Source: the human T2T-CHM13v2.0 reference genome, Homo sapiens | Length of the DNA stretch: 64,000 nucleotides | Reading direction: 5' to 3' (one strand) | NCBI RefSeq assembly: GCF_009914755.1 | Contig: NC_060944.1 | In this document: piece by piece, positions 1 to 15,819 of the stretch | How positions within the stretch are numbered: position 1 is the first letter of the stretch | Layout: each line of letters begins with the position of its first letter | Notes under the pieces: generated by a model | What the model saw: the letters and a program-made list of their open reading frames with translations, nothing else | What the model was told of the DNA's origin: nothing | Databases searched by the model: none | Made by a program: the position numbers and the translations under genes

Positions 1-205
1 AAGCAAGGTGAGGCACTGCCTCACTCGGGAAGTGCAAGGGGTCAGGGAGTTCCCTTTCCTAGTCAGAGAAAGGGGTGACAGACGGCACCTGGAAAATCGG
101 GTCACTCCCACCCTAATACTGCACTTTTCCAACAGGCTTAAAAAAATGGCACACCAGGAGATTATATCCCGCACATGGCTCGGAGGGTCCTATGCCTGCG
201 GAGTC

Positions 206-280
206 TCACTGATTGCTAGCACAGCAGTCTGAGATCAAACTGCAAGGTGGTAGCAAGGCTGGGGGAGGGGCGCTTGCCAT
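206..280 (-). pseudogene. L1 antisense ORF0, truncated after 24 codons
   Basis: MASAPPPALLPPCSLISDCCASNQ matches the ORF0 N-terminus; the next codon is TGA (CGA>TGA-type change). Confidence 0.8.
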
Positions 281-880
281 TGCCCAGGCTTGATTAGGTA
301 AACAAAGCAGCTGGGAAGCTCGAACTGGGTGGAGCCCAACACAGCTCAAGGAGGCCTTCCTGCCTCTGTAGGCTCCACCTCTGGGGGGCAGGGCACAGAC
401 ATACAAAAAGACAGCAGTAATCTCTGCAGACTTAAATGTCCCTGTCTGACAGCTTTGAAGAGAGCAGTGGTTCTCCCAGCATGAAGCTGGAGATATGAGA
501 ACGGGCAGACTGCCTCCTCAAGTGGGTCCCTGACCCCCGACCCCCAAGCAGCCTAACTGGGAAGCACCCCCCAGTAGGGGCAGACTGACACCTCACACGG
601 CCGGGTACTCCTCTGAGACAAAACTTCCAGAGGAACGATCAGGCAGCAGCATTTGCAGTTCACCAATATCCGCTGTTCTACAGCCACCACTGTTCTGCAG
701 CCACCGCTGCTGATACCCAGGCAAACAGGGTCTGGAGTGGAACTCTAGCAAACTCTAGCAGACCTGCAGCTGAGGGTCCTGTCTGTTAGAAGGAAAACTA
801 ACAAACAGAAAGGACATCCACACCAAAAACCCATCTGTACATCACCATCATCAAAGACAAAAGTAGATAAAACCACAAAG

Positions 881-1896
881 ATGGGGAAAAAACAGAGCAG
901 AAAAACTGGAAACTCTAAAAAGCAGAGCGCCTCTCCTCCTCCAAAGGAACACAGCTCCTCACCAGCAATGGAACAAAGCTGGATGGAGAATGACTTTGAC
1001 GAGATGAGAGAAGAAGGCTTCAGACGATCAAACTACTCTGACCTACAGGAGGAAATTCAAACCAATGGCAAAGAAGTTAAAAACTTTGAAAAAAAATAGA
1101 CGAATGGATATCTAGAATAACCAATGCAGAGAAGTCCTTAAAGGAGCTGATGGAGCTGAAAGCAAAGGCTCGAGAACTACATGAAGAATGCAGAAGCCTC
1201 AGGAGCTGATGGAATCAACTGGAAGAAAGGGTATCAGTGATGGAAGATGAAATGAATGAAATGAAGTGAGAAGGAAAGTTTAGAGAAAAAAGAATAAAAA
1301 GAAACAAACAACACCTCCAAGAAATATGGGACTATGTGAAAAGACCAAATCTACGTCTGATTGCTGTACCTGAAAGTGACGGGGAGAATGAAAACAAGTT
1401 GGAAAACACTCTCCAGGATATTATCCAGGAGAACTTCCCCAGTCTAGCAAGGCAGGCCAACATTCAGATTCAGGAAATACAGAGAATGCCACAAAGATAC
1501 TCCTCAAGAAGAGCAACTCCAAGACACATAATTGTCAGATTCACCAAAGTTGAAATGAAGGAAAAAATGTTAAGGGCAGCCAGAGAGAAAGGTCGGGTTA
1601 CCCAAAAAGGGAAGCCCATGAGACTAACAGTGGATCTCTTGGCAGAAACTCTACAAGCCAGAAGAGAGTGGGGGCCAATATTCAACGTTCTTAAGGAAAA
1701 GAATTTTTAACCCAGAATTTTATATCCAGCCAAACTAAGCTTCGTAAGTGAAGGAGAAATAAAATCCTTTACAGAAAAGCAAATGTTGAGAGATTTTGTC
1801 ACCACCAGGCCTGCCCTAAAAGAGCTCCTGAAGGAAGCACTAAACATGGAAAGGAACAACCGGTACCAGCCACTGCAAAAACATGCCAAAATATAA
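881..1896 (+). pseudogene. L1 ORF1p (RNA-binding chaperone), disrupted
   Basis: Fragments 881-1099 and 1336-1710 (KRPNLRLI, RRATPRHIIVRF, REKG); frameshift near 1095 and several stops; terminal TAA at 1894-1896. Confidence 0.93.
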
Positions 1897-1944
1897 AGAC
1901 CATCAAGGCTAGGAAGAAACCGCATCAACTAACAAGCAAAATAA

Positions 1945-5807
<3,863 letters not shown>

Positions 5808-6063
5808 ACAATGAGAACACATGGACACAGGAAGGGGAACATCACACTCCGGGGACTGTTGTGGGGTGGGGGGAGGGGGGAGGGATAGTATTAGGAGATA
5901 TGCCTAATGCTAAATGATGAGTTAATGGGTGCAGCACACCAACATGCCACATGTATACATATGTAACAAACCTGCACATTGTGCACATGTACCCTAAAAC
6001 TTAAAGTATAATAATAATAAAATAAAATAAAAAGTTATTTTCAGTAATTAAAAAAAAAAAAAA

Positions 6064-6240
6064 GAAACTCAGCCTGGCTATCAGAGCTTGCAGTGTAACC
6101 AGTGTGCTTATTGTAAAGAAATAGGACATTGGAAGAACAAATGCCCTCAGCTAAAAGGAAAACAAGGTGACTCAGAGCAGCAGGCCCCAGACAAGGAGGA
6201 CGGGGCCCTGCTCAACCTGGCAGAAGGGTTACTGGAATGA
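6064..6240 (+). pseudogene. HERV-E gag C-terminus (nucleocapsid)
   Basis: CAYCKEIGHWKNKC (CX2CX4HX4C), then in-frame TGA at 6238-6240. Confidence 0.9.
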
Positions 6241-9200
6241 GGGGGACTGGGCTCAAGGGCCCCCAAAAAGCCTGTGGTCAGGATGAAAGTCGGGGGTAAA
6301 GACATTGATTTTCTTTTAGATACCGGTGCTGAACATTCTGTAGTAACCACCCCGGTCGCCCCCTTATCCAAAAAGACTCAACATAATTGGAGCCATGGGG
6401 GTTTCAGCAAAGCAAGCTTTCTGCTTGCCCCGGACTTGTACTGTAGGAGGACATAAAGTGATTCATCAGTTTTTGTACATGCCTGACTGTCCCTTGCCCT
6501 TGTTGGGAAGGGACTTGCTTAGCAAGCTGAGAGCCACTGTCTCTTTTACAGAGCATGGCTCTTTGCTGCTAAAGTTACCCAGAACGGGAGTTATTATGAC
6601 CCTTACGGTCCCCCGAGAGGAGGAATGGAGACTTTTCTTAATGAGCCAGGCCAAGTGGTGGCCAAGAGTGTGGGCAGAAGACAACCCTCCAGGGTTGGCA
6701 GTCAACCAAGCCCCCGTACTTATAGAAGTTAAGCCTGGGGCCCAGCCAGTTAGGCAAAAACAGTACCCGGTCCCCAGAGAAGCTCTTGAAGGTATCCAGG
6801 TCCATCAAGCGCCTAAGAACCTTTGGAATTATGGCTCCTTGTCAATCTCCATGGAACACTCCCCTCCTGCCTGTTCCCAAGCCTGGGACCAAGGACTAAA
6901 GGCCGGTACAGGATTTGCACTTGGTTAATCAAGCTACAGTGACTTTACATCCAACAGTACCTAACCCGTACACATTGTTGGGGTTGCTGCCAGCTGAGGA
7001 CAGCTGGCTCACCTGCTTGGACCTTTCTTTAGCATCAGATTAGCCCCTGAGAGCCAAAAACTGTTTGCCTTTCAGTGGGAAGATCCAGAGTCAGGTGTTA
7101 CTACTCAGTACACTTGGACCCAGCTTCCCCGAGGGTTCAAGAACTCCCCCACCATCTTGGGGGAGGAGACCTCCAGAAGTTTCCCACCAGAGACCTAGGC
7201 TGCATGTTGCTCCAGTACATTGATGACTTTCTGCTGGGACACCCCACGGCAGTCGGGTGGGCCAAGGGAACAGATGCCCTACTCTGGCACCTGGAGGACT
7301 GTGGGTATAAAGTGTCCAAGAAAAAAGCTCAGATCTGCCGACAGCAGGTACGTTACTTGGGATTTACTATCTGACAGGGGGAGCGCAGCCTGGGATCAGA
7401 AAGAAAGCAGGTCATTTGCAATCTGCCAGAGCCTAAGACCAGAAGGCAGGTGAGAGAATTCTTAGGAGCTGTGGGGTTTTGCAGACTGTGGATCCCAAAC
7501 TTTGCAGTATTAGCCAAGCCTTTGTATGAGGTCACAAAGTGGGGGGAACAGGAACTTTTTGAATGGGAATCCCGACAACAACAAGCCTTTCATAAGTTAA
7601 AGGAAAAACTTATGTCAGCCCCAGCCCTGGGGCTACCCGATCTGACAAAGCCTTTTACATTGTATGTGTCAGAGAGAGAAAAGATGGCAGTTGGAGTTTT
7701 AACCCAAACTGTGGGGCCCTGGCCGAGGCCGGTGGCCTACCTCTCTAAACAACTACATGGGGTTTCTAAAGAATGGCCCCCATGTTTGAGGGCCTTGGCA
7801 GCAACTGCCCTGCTAGTACAAGAAGCAGATAAGCTGACTCTTGGGCAAAACCTGAACATAAAGGCTCCCCATGCTGTGGTGACATTAATGAATACTAAAG
7901 GACATCATTGGCTAACGAATGTTAGACTCACCAAGTACCAAAGTTTGCTCTGTGAAAATCCCTGTATAACCATTAAAGTTTGTAACACCCTGAACCCTGC
8001 TACCTTGCTCCCAGTATCAGAGAGCCCTGTCAAGCATGACTGTGTAGAAGTGTTGGACTCAGTCTACTCTAGCAGACCTGACCTCTGAGACCGGCCTTGG
8101 GCATCAGTAGACTGGGAACTATACGTGGATGGGAGCAGCTTCATCAACCCACAAGGAGAGAGATGTGCAGGGTATGCTATGGTAACCCTGGACACTGTTA
8201 TTGAAGACAGATCATTGCCCCAGGGCACTTCAGCCTAGAGAGCTGAACTCATTGCTTTAATTTGGGCCCTAGAACTCAGTGAAGGTAAGACTGTAAACAT
8301 TTACACTGACTCTCGGTATGCCTTTTTAACCCTTCAAGTGCATGGAGCGTTATATAAAGAAAAGGGCCTATTGAACTCTGGGGGAAAGGACATAAAATAT
8401 CAACAAGAAATTTTGCAATTATTAGAAGCAGCATGGAAACCCCACAAGGTGGCAGTTATGCATTGCAGAGGACACCAGCGAGCTTCCATCTTGGTGGGTT
8501 TGGGGAATTCCTGCGCTGACTCAGAGGCTCGAAAAGCAGCATCTGCCCCCTTCCAGGCATCAGTCACAGACCCCCTGCTCCCTCAAGCACTTGATCTTGT
8601 AGCTACTTATTCGGGAGAATAGCTCTGCCACAGCTGCTAGGAGCCGCAATTGTACTGGTTTTGCATGAAACCACCCATCTAGGTCAGGAGTCACTTGAAA
8701 AGTTGTTAGGCCGGTATTTCTACATCTCATATTTGTCAACCCTTGCCAAAACAGTGACGCAGCAGTGTGTTACCTGCCGACAGCATAATGTGAGGCAAGG
8801 TCTAGCTGTTCCCCCCGGCATACAAGCTTATAGAGCAGCCTCCTTTGAAGATCTCCAGGTGGACTTCACAGAGATGCCAAAGTGTGGAGGTAACAAGTAT
8901 TTACTAGTTCTTTTGTGTACCTACTGTGGGTGGGTGGAGGCTTATCCAACACTAACTGAGAAAGCTCGTGAAGTAAACTGTGTGCTTCTTCGAGATCTTA
9001 TTCCTAGATTTGGACTGCCCTTACGGATCAGCTCAGATAACGGGCTAACGTTTGTGGCTGACTTGGTACAGAAGATAGCAAAGGTATTGGGGATCACTTG
9101 GAAACTGCATGCCGCCTACCGGCCTCAGAGTTCCAGAAAGGCAGAGCAGATGAATCAGACTATCAAAAATAGTTTAGGGAAAGTATGTCAGAAAACAGGA

Positions 9201-9706
9201 TTAAAATGGATACATGCTCTCTATAGTATTATTTAAAATTAGATGTACCCCTTCTAAAAGAACAGGATATTCCCCTTAGGAAATATTATATCATGGGCCC
9301 CCTCCCATATTGCAGGGACTTCCAGGCACTTCCTGAGAGTTAGGTGAAATTGAGTTACAGCGACAGCTACAGGCTTTAGGAAAAATTACACAAACAATCT
9401 CAGCCTGGGTAAATGAGAGACCCTGTTAGCTTATTCTCCCCAGTTCACCTTTTCTCCCCAGGTGTTCGAGTGTGGATCAAGGACTGGAACGTAGCCTCTT
9501 TGTGCCCATGGTGGAAAGGACCCCAGACTGTCGTCCTGATCACTCCCACTGCTGTGAACGTAGAGAGAATCCTAGCCTGGATCCACCACAACCGTGTAAA
9601 ACCTGCAGCGCCTGAATCCTGGGAGGCAAGACCAAGTCTGGACAACCCCTGCAGAGTGACCCTGAAGAAGATGACAAGCCCTGCTCCAGTCACACCCAGA
9701 AGCTGA
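6241..9706 (+). pseudogene. HERV-E pro-pol, multiply disrupted
   Basis: Protease FLLDTGA (~6310), RT LQYIDD (~7210), RNase H YVDGSS (~8122), integrase HETTH..CVTC, QVDFTE and SDNG; many frameshifts and stops. Confidence 0.93.
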
Positions 9707-9728
9707 CTGGTCCACGCACAGCCGAAGC

Positions 9729-10850
9729 ATGAGGAAGCTCATTGTGGGCTTCATTTTTCTTAAATTTTGGACTTACAGTAAGGGCTTCAACTGTTCTTAC
9801 TCAAACTGGGGACTATTCCCAGTGTATTCATCAGGTCAGTGAGGTAGGACAGCAAATGAAAACAATCTTTCTGTTCTATAGTTATTATCAATGTATGGGA
9901 ACGTTAAAAGAGACTTGTTTGTATAATGCCACTCAGTACAAGGTATGTAGCCCAGGAAATGACTGACCTGATGTGTGTTATAACCCATCTGAGCCCCCTA
10001 CAACCACCAGTTTTGAAATAAGATTAAGAACTGGCCTTTTCCTAGGTGATACAAGTGAAATAATAACTAGAACAGAAGAAAAAGGAATCCCCAAACAAGT
10101 AACTTTAAGATTTGACGCTTGTGCAGCCATTAATAGTAACAAGCTAGGAACAGGATGTGGTTCTCTTAACTGGGAAAGGAGCTACAGAGTAGAAAATAAA
10201 TATGTTTTTCATGAGTCAGGGGTTTGTGAAAATTGTGCCTTTTGGCCATGTGTTATTTAGGCTACTTGGAAAAAGAACAAAAAGGACTTGGTTCATCTTC
10301 AGAAAGGGGAAGCCAACCCCTCCTGTGCTGCCAGTCACTGTAACCCACTAGAACTAATAATTACCAATCCCCTAGATCCCCATTGGAAAAAGGGAGAATG
10401 TGTAACCCTGGGGATCGAAGGGACAGGGTTAAACCCCCAAGTTGCCATTTTAGTTCAAGGGGAGGTCCACAAGCACTCTCCCAAACCAGTGTTTCAAACC
10501 TTTTATGAGGAGTTAAATCTGCCAGCACCAGAACTTCTGAAAAAGATAAAAAATTTGTTTCTCCAATTAGCAGAAAATGTAGCTCATTCCCTTAATGTTA
10601 CTTCTTGTTATATATGCGGGGGAACCACTATCAGAGACCGATGGCCTTGGGAAGCCTGAGAGTTGGTGCCCACTGATCCAGCTCCTGATATAATGGGGGC
10701 TTGTCCAGGATCTCATCAGGACTGGATGGCTCTCGCTGGACTATACTGGATATGTGGGCAGAGAGCCTACATTCAGTTACCTAATGAATGGGCAGACAGT
10801 TGTGTTATTGGCACTATTAAGCCATCCTTTTTCTTATTACCGATAAAAAC
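9729..10850 (+). pseudogene. HERV-E env SU remnant, frameshifted, internally deleted, no TM
   Basis: ATG at 9729 gives MRKLIVGFIFLKFWTY, then a frameshift into TVRASTVLTQTGD; SCYICGG...WPWEA and GLYWICG motifs present; sequence ends at FLLPIK and joins LTR sequence. Confidence 0.9.
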
Positions 10851-11142
10851 TACTGGTACTATCTGTAAATTCCAGACATTGTATGAGAAAGCACTGTAAA
10901 ACTTTTTGTTCTGTTAGCTGATATATGTAGCCTCCAGTCACATTCCTCATGCTTACTTGATCTATCATGACCCTTTCACGCGGACCCCTTAGAGTTGTAA
11001 GCCCTTAAAAGGGCTAGGAATTTCTTTTTTGGGGAGCTTGGCTCTTAAGACATGAGTCTGCCGATGCTACCGGCCAAATAAAAACCTCTTCCTTCTTTAA
11101 TCCAGTGTCTCAAGAGTTTTGTCTGCAGCTCGTCCTGCTACA
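10851..11142 (+). mobile_element. 3' LTR (LTR2 family), 5' part of U3 deleted
   Basis: TATA-like CCCTTAAAA (11002-11010), AATAAA (11077-11082), terminal ...TGCTACA. Confidence 0.88.
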
Positions 11143-11149
11143 TTCTCTT

Positions 11150-11300
11150 CATCAATAAGGATGTATGGTAGTGTAGATGTTCATTGGCTTGATTTAGCCA
11201 TTCCACAATGCAGACAGACATACTTGCAAAACTTCATGCTATACACCATATGTGTTCAATATGTATTTGTCAATTAAAATAAATTTTGTTAAAGAGAAAA
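11150..11300 (+). mobile_element. Old L1M-type 3' end fragment
   Basis: GCTTGATTTAGCCATTCCACAATG...TTTGTCAATTAAAATAAA resembles L1MA 3' ends. Confidence 0.6.
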
Positions 11301-12074
11301 GGGAAGAAAGTCATACAGTGTTAAGGAGGTGCCTGGTGCCTCGTAGTACTATAAACACCTTCCTCTCATCATTATTATTTCTAGCATTGTAATTAATGAT
11401 ATTATGTTACCCTGTGGCCCCCTGGTGCCCTTGGTGGAGGCTGTAGTTTTGGAGGCCACAAGTCAACTCAGGTCCCTGCCCTTCTCACAGGGTGGCACGG
11501 CAGGGCCACTGGGACAGGACAGCCCCACCATGAGCACTGCATGATTCCATCAACCCACACCCACATGGCACAAATGCCTCCCTGCAGGAGCCCGGCCCTC
11601 CCAGCCTCTCCTGGGAGCCCAGTCCCAGCACTCTGGGTCAACCACGACCTCCCTCCCAGTGGGGGCTCTGATGGCCACACCCTGCTGTCCCTGCAGCCCT
11701 GCAGCTGGGTGTGGTGAGGACTGCATGCTGAGGTCCATGCTGATGTCAGCACCAGCTGCAAGGACAGAGGGTCCCCTTCCCAGAACTGAGCACACTTGCT
11801 TCAGATGACCGCTCGCAAGGACCCCAACTCACAACCCACCAAGCCGTGTTCTGGCCCCCACACTCATCCTTGCCTCTGCAGAAACAACAGACACTCAGGG
11901 AGTCACAGGTCAGACCTGCAGGCCTTCCCTTCAGAAAAGGGGTAGCCTCCAGCGGTGCCCTAGGCTTGCAGTTCCAGAATGTTCTCAAGTCACCAGATGG
12001 ATGCATTTGCAAGCAGACAGCTATGCAGATGGTCAGACCATGGCCTGAGCTGTCAGAAAGGGCAGGGATTAAAT

Positions 12075-12210
12075 GAGCCTCACTGCCCTGAACCTCAGTT
12101 TTCTCATGTGTAAAGTGGGGACACTCACATGCACCTGAAAGGGTCATGATGAAATGAATGGAACCAATGTGAGAACGCACACAGGAGGCCATCAGTACAT
12201 GTCAACTACT
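12075..12210 (+). mobile_element. MIR fragment
   Basis: Core CCTCAGTTTTCTCATGTGTAAAGTGGGG. Confidence 0.7.
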
Positions 12211-13639
12211 CTGAGGATCTCCATCCACTCAGCCACCTCCACGTTTGCTGCCTCCAGCTGCAGCTCTTGGGGTGGCTCTGGGTGTCAGTATAGGTGAGTC
12301 GACCCTGGGAACGCAGGTGCAGGGCCACACAGCCGGCTGCTTTGACATGTCTTTCAGGAAACATGGCTTTTCACAATCAAGACTATAACAGCTGCTGCTT
12401 TTTGAGTGCTGTGTGGGGACTGCTCTAAGTGCCCCAGGGCACTGTCTCATTTACCCTCACAGGGCTTCCAGCATTGGCCATTTCACCCCCATATGTCTTC
12501 AGATGAGATGGAGGCCAAGGCTGGCTTCACAGGTGCGGCACTCCCCACAGCCCCACAGAACCTGGCTGGGGCCCTTCGTGCAGGGCAGAGTCCGAGGTTC
12601 AGAAGGCCTGTGTGCCACCTGCAGTCACAGAGGCAGCTGAGCTGGGGCCAAACTCAGGGTCCCCGACAACCAGGCCCATGCCCACCCAACAGGCCTGACT
12701 GCCCTCAGCCTCTAGCACCCCCAGCCAGGGTCAACAGCATGGGACCCGCCCTGACAGGAATCCTGTCTTGACTAGGCCCAGGAATGCTGTGTCACATCAG
12801 GCCTTCCTTCCCATGCACCCTCAAAACCCCACGGTGGGCAGCTGCAGGACAGATCCGCAACTCCCTTCAGAGTTCTAGGCATTGCCCTGTTCTTCATTTC
12901 TGTGGCTCCCCACCTGTCCCATGCAAAGGCCCTCAAACCCAAGCCCCAGATGGCACCAGAGATGCTCTGAGCAGAGGCAGTTCCATCTGCCTTTGTAAGT
13001 GAATATGAGCATCTGCACACTATACATGCTTCTAAAGGCTCTGAGAAGTCCTGCATCAAGAGACTGCTTGGTTTTCTTTACCTCCACATTCCTCATGTGT
13101 TTTTGTGCAAGAGAACGTATGGGTACACACACCTGACATTTGAGAGTTTGGAAGCCCCATTCCTGCTATAAGGATAACAGAAAACCACCTAGCTGTCAGG
13201 GAGCTCAAACTGAGCCATGCCCCATCACTCCTCTCCACCTCACACGAAGCCTAAGAGATGAACAGTCAAACCTCTCCTTTATCCCTTCTTTTGTTTGGGT
13301 TTGTTTTGTAACAGACAGGGAAACTAGAGTATGGGGAAGTCCAGCGAGCCCCCTGCATCCCACAGCCGGCACCCAGGAGACCCCTGAGGCCTCCCAGGAA
13401 CATGTCATTCCATGGGTCAAGGAGGGTGGCAGGGTTCCCAGTGCAGAGAAGGGCTGGGCACCACTTCTCCTTCCTGAACTTTCTGAAGGCCAGAAGGACA
13501 CCACCATGGCTGGGCATGTGGCATAGGGATCAGTGCCTGGGAGAAGGGGCCCCACTGGCCCCACAGCCCTTGGAGGTTGCAGAGGGATTATAATGATTCT
13601 CATTGTCATCATTATCAGTATCATATGGATCTCGATGCT

Positions 13640-13950
13640 TTTTAAATATCTGTGTATTTTAATCCCCTGTAGTTATTATTCTTATTGATGTTAACTTGTC
13701 CCTTCCCTGGGCTGGTGGGAGCCTCTTCAGCTTGGCTCCCATGCCTTTGACATGGCCCTGACAGGCTTTGAGGGTTTCCCTGCTCTCTGGAAGGGGAGAT
13801 GTTTCTGGCTTATCTTGTACATTTCCTGCCCTGGCCTGGAATCAGCCATTTCTCCAACAGCCTTAGTCCTTAGTGAGAAACCACTTTTGGGGTGCTCACT
13901 GCCACCTGGTTGGTCACTTTTTGTGGCCTCTTCAGTGCAGAGTTAGCGAG
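13640..13950 (-). mobile_element. Old L1MC-type fragment
   Basis: ATCTTGTACATTTCCTGCCC...GGAATCAGCCATTTCTCCAA; an inverse homolog lies near 44370-44440. Confidence 0.55.
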
Positions 13951-13988
13951 GGTTTGTAGTAAACTTTAGTAAGTGTGGCAACAGGCTC

Positions 13989-14520
13989 TGTGGTGGCTCC
14001 ATGGTCCCAGCCCTGTGCTGTCCCTCCCCTTCAGTGTGGGTGGGACCTGTGACTCACTTCCAGCCACTGGAATATGGCAAAAGTGATGGGAGGTCACATC
14101 CATGTTAATGGCATGTGAGACTGTAACCCATTTTTCCAAGATGCAATCTCTCCTGTGCCAGCTTTCAGGAAGCCAGTGGCACTGTCAGGAAGGCCCACAT
14201 GGCTAGGAGCTCAAGGCGGCCTCCAGCCAACAGCCAGTAAGGAGGTGAAACTGACTATCTCAAGGAACTGACAGCTGAAAGCCCTTCACCTGAGAAGCAG
14301 CCCCTTCCACAGTTGAGCCTCTGATGAGACTGCAGCCCCTGCCCGCCCTACATTGCAGCCCCAGTCACATTGCCCTGCTCCAGCTCTGGCCAGCTTGGTG
14401 AGACTCAGAGCACCCATCTCAGCCAGGCCAGACTCCAGGCCCACAGAAACCATGAGACAGAAGAGTATGTTGTTTGAGCTGTGAAGTTCGTTGTCATTGC
14501 TGCAGTAGATGACTAATACC
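13989..14520 (+). mobile_element. MaLR MLT1-type solo LTR
   Basis: Starts TGTGG; contains GCCTCCAGCCAACAGCCAG and GAGCCTCTGATGAGACTGCAGCCC; ends AGATGACTAATAC. Confidence 0.75.
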
Positions 14521-15280
14521 AATAACAGCCCACTTCATTAGATTCTCCTTACAGGTTGCAGAATTGATCCACAATCATAGTAACAAGGCAAGTGACCCTG
14601 AAGGCAGGGCCTATCCAGGGCATCTACACAGCAATGCCATCTGTACTGAGATGGGACCTATCTAGTAAAATACAATGGGATTGAACTCTGTGCTGAGCTG
14701 TAGGAGATGGGGTACAGGACAGTGGGGGAAACCCAGCAGCCAGCTTCCCAGGGGTCCAGGCCACCCACACTCCACCTCCCTCTTCTTCACCCCAAGGCCA
14801 GGCAGGGAAGGGCTCCCAGGAGACACACAGGGGAGGAGAACAGAAGACAGCCTGTGACTGTTGGAATCCCTCCAATTACACAGACAGTCCTTCCTGCCCA
14901 CCTGAGTGAGAGCAAGGAGGCTCCCTGCAGCATGGGCCAGCCTTAGAAGTCCTGGCTCCACAGAGCCTGGGGGCTTCACAGCCAGTGAAAGATGCATCAG
15001 TGGGCGTGGCACACCCATGGGGGAGAAGCACATGCCTGTAGCCTTGGCTTTGCTGTGCCCACGTCTATAGGCCACCCCTTGTCCCTCCCACATTCACTCA
15101 CAGCCCTCGGGACAACAGATCTTGTGCAGGAGCCCTGCCTTATGACCAGGGAATGGGCAAAGTTGAGTTCTCTGCAAGGTTAGATGACTGGCCAAGGTCA
15201 GCACTGGGCACACCATGGAGGCCAGAGGACATCATGCGTTACAGGAAGGAGAGGATGGGGAGCAACAACACAGGTTAAAT

Positions 15281-15462
15281 CAAAGCTTCTCAAACCTTGG
15301 AGGCCAAAACTTCTCCTGGAGGGTTTGTGACGACAGACCCTGGGCCCCACCCTTGGGGAGTCGAATCCAGCAGGTCTGGGATAGGGCTGAGAATGTGCAT
15401 TTCCACCAGGTTCCCAGGGACGCTGGTTCTGCTGGCCCAGGGGCCACATTTTAAGTAGCAAG
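15281..15462. mobile_element. MER5A-like hAT DNA transposon
   Basis: CTTCTCAAAC...CAGCAGGTCTGGG...TGCATTTC..CAGGTTCCCAGG..GCTGG...CCACATTTTAAG. Confidence 0.7.
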
Positions 15463-15584
15463 GGGCTAAAGGATGGGTGAGTGAATGAATGGATGAATGA
15501 AGAAATGAAGGACTGACACTCAGCACGGAGCCCATCACCCCTGCAGCAGGTCAGTGGTGCCTTGGATGAGAAATAGTGCACTTA

Positions 15585-15815
15585 ACACATACAACCACAC
15601 ATGGACACAGAGAGATACACGCAGACATGCACACATCCACACATGTGCAGTTTCACACACATGTTCACTCACATGCAGAGACATATATACAGAGCCTTTC
15701 AGCCAGACTCACAGAACACAGACACATATAAACACAAACACACAGACATGAAGACACAGACACACAAACAATATGCACTTGCACACATTGAGACAGAGGC
15801 ACAGACACAAGTGCA
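15585..15815. repeat. Degenerate CA-rich low-complexity tract
   Basis: ACAC/ACAT/AGAC repeats seen directly. Confidence 0.85.
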
Positions 15816-15819
15816 CTTG

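Larger units (their letters stand above)
6064..11142 (+). mobile_element. HERV-E (ERV1, gammaretrovirus-like) provirus, 3' part; interrupted in gag by the L1
   Basis: gag zinc knuckle, protease, RT, RNase H, integrase, HERV-E-type env and LTR2-type 3' LTR ending ...CTCGTCCTGCTACA, in canonical order. Confidence 0.92.

Noticed and set aside
9729-10899. Domesticated env (syncytin- or suppressyn-like)
   Set aside because: Frameshift at about codon 17, several stops, internal deletion and no TM.
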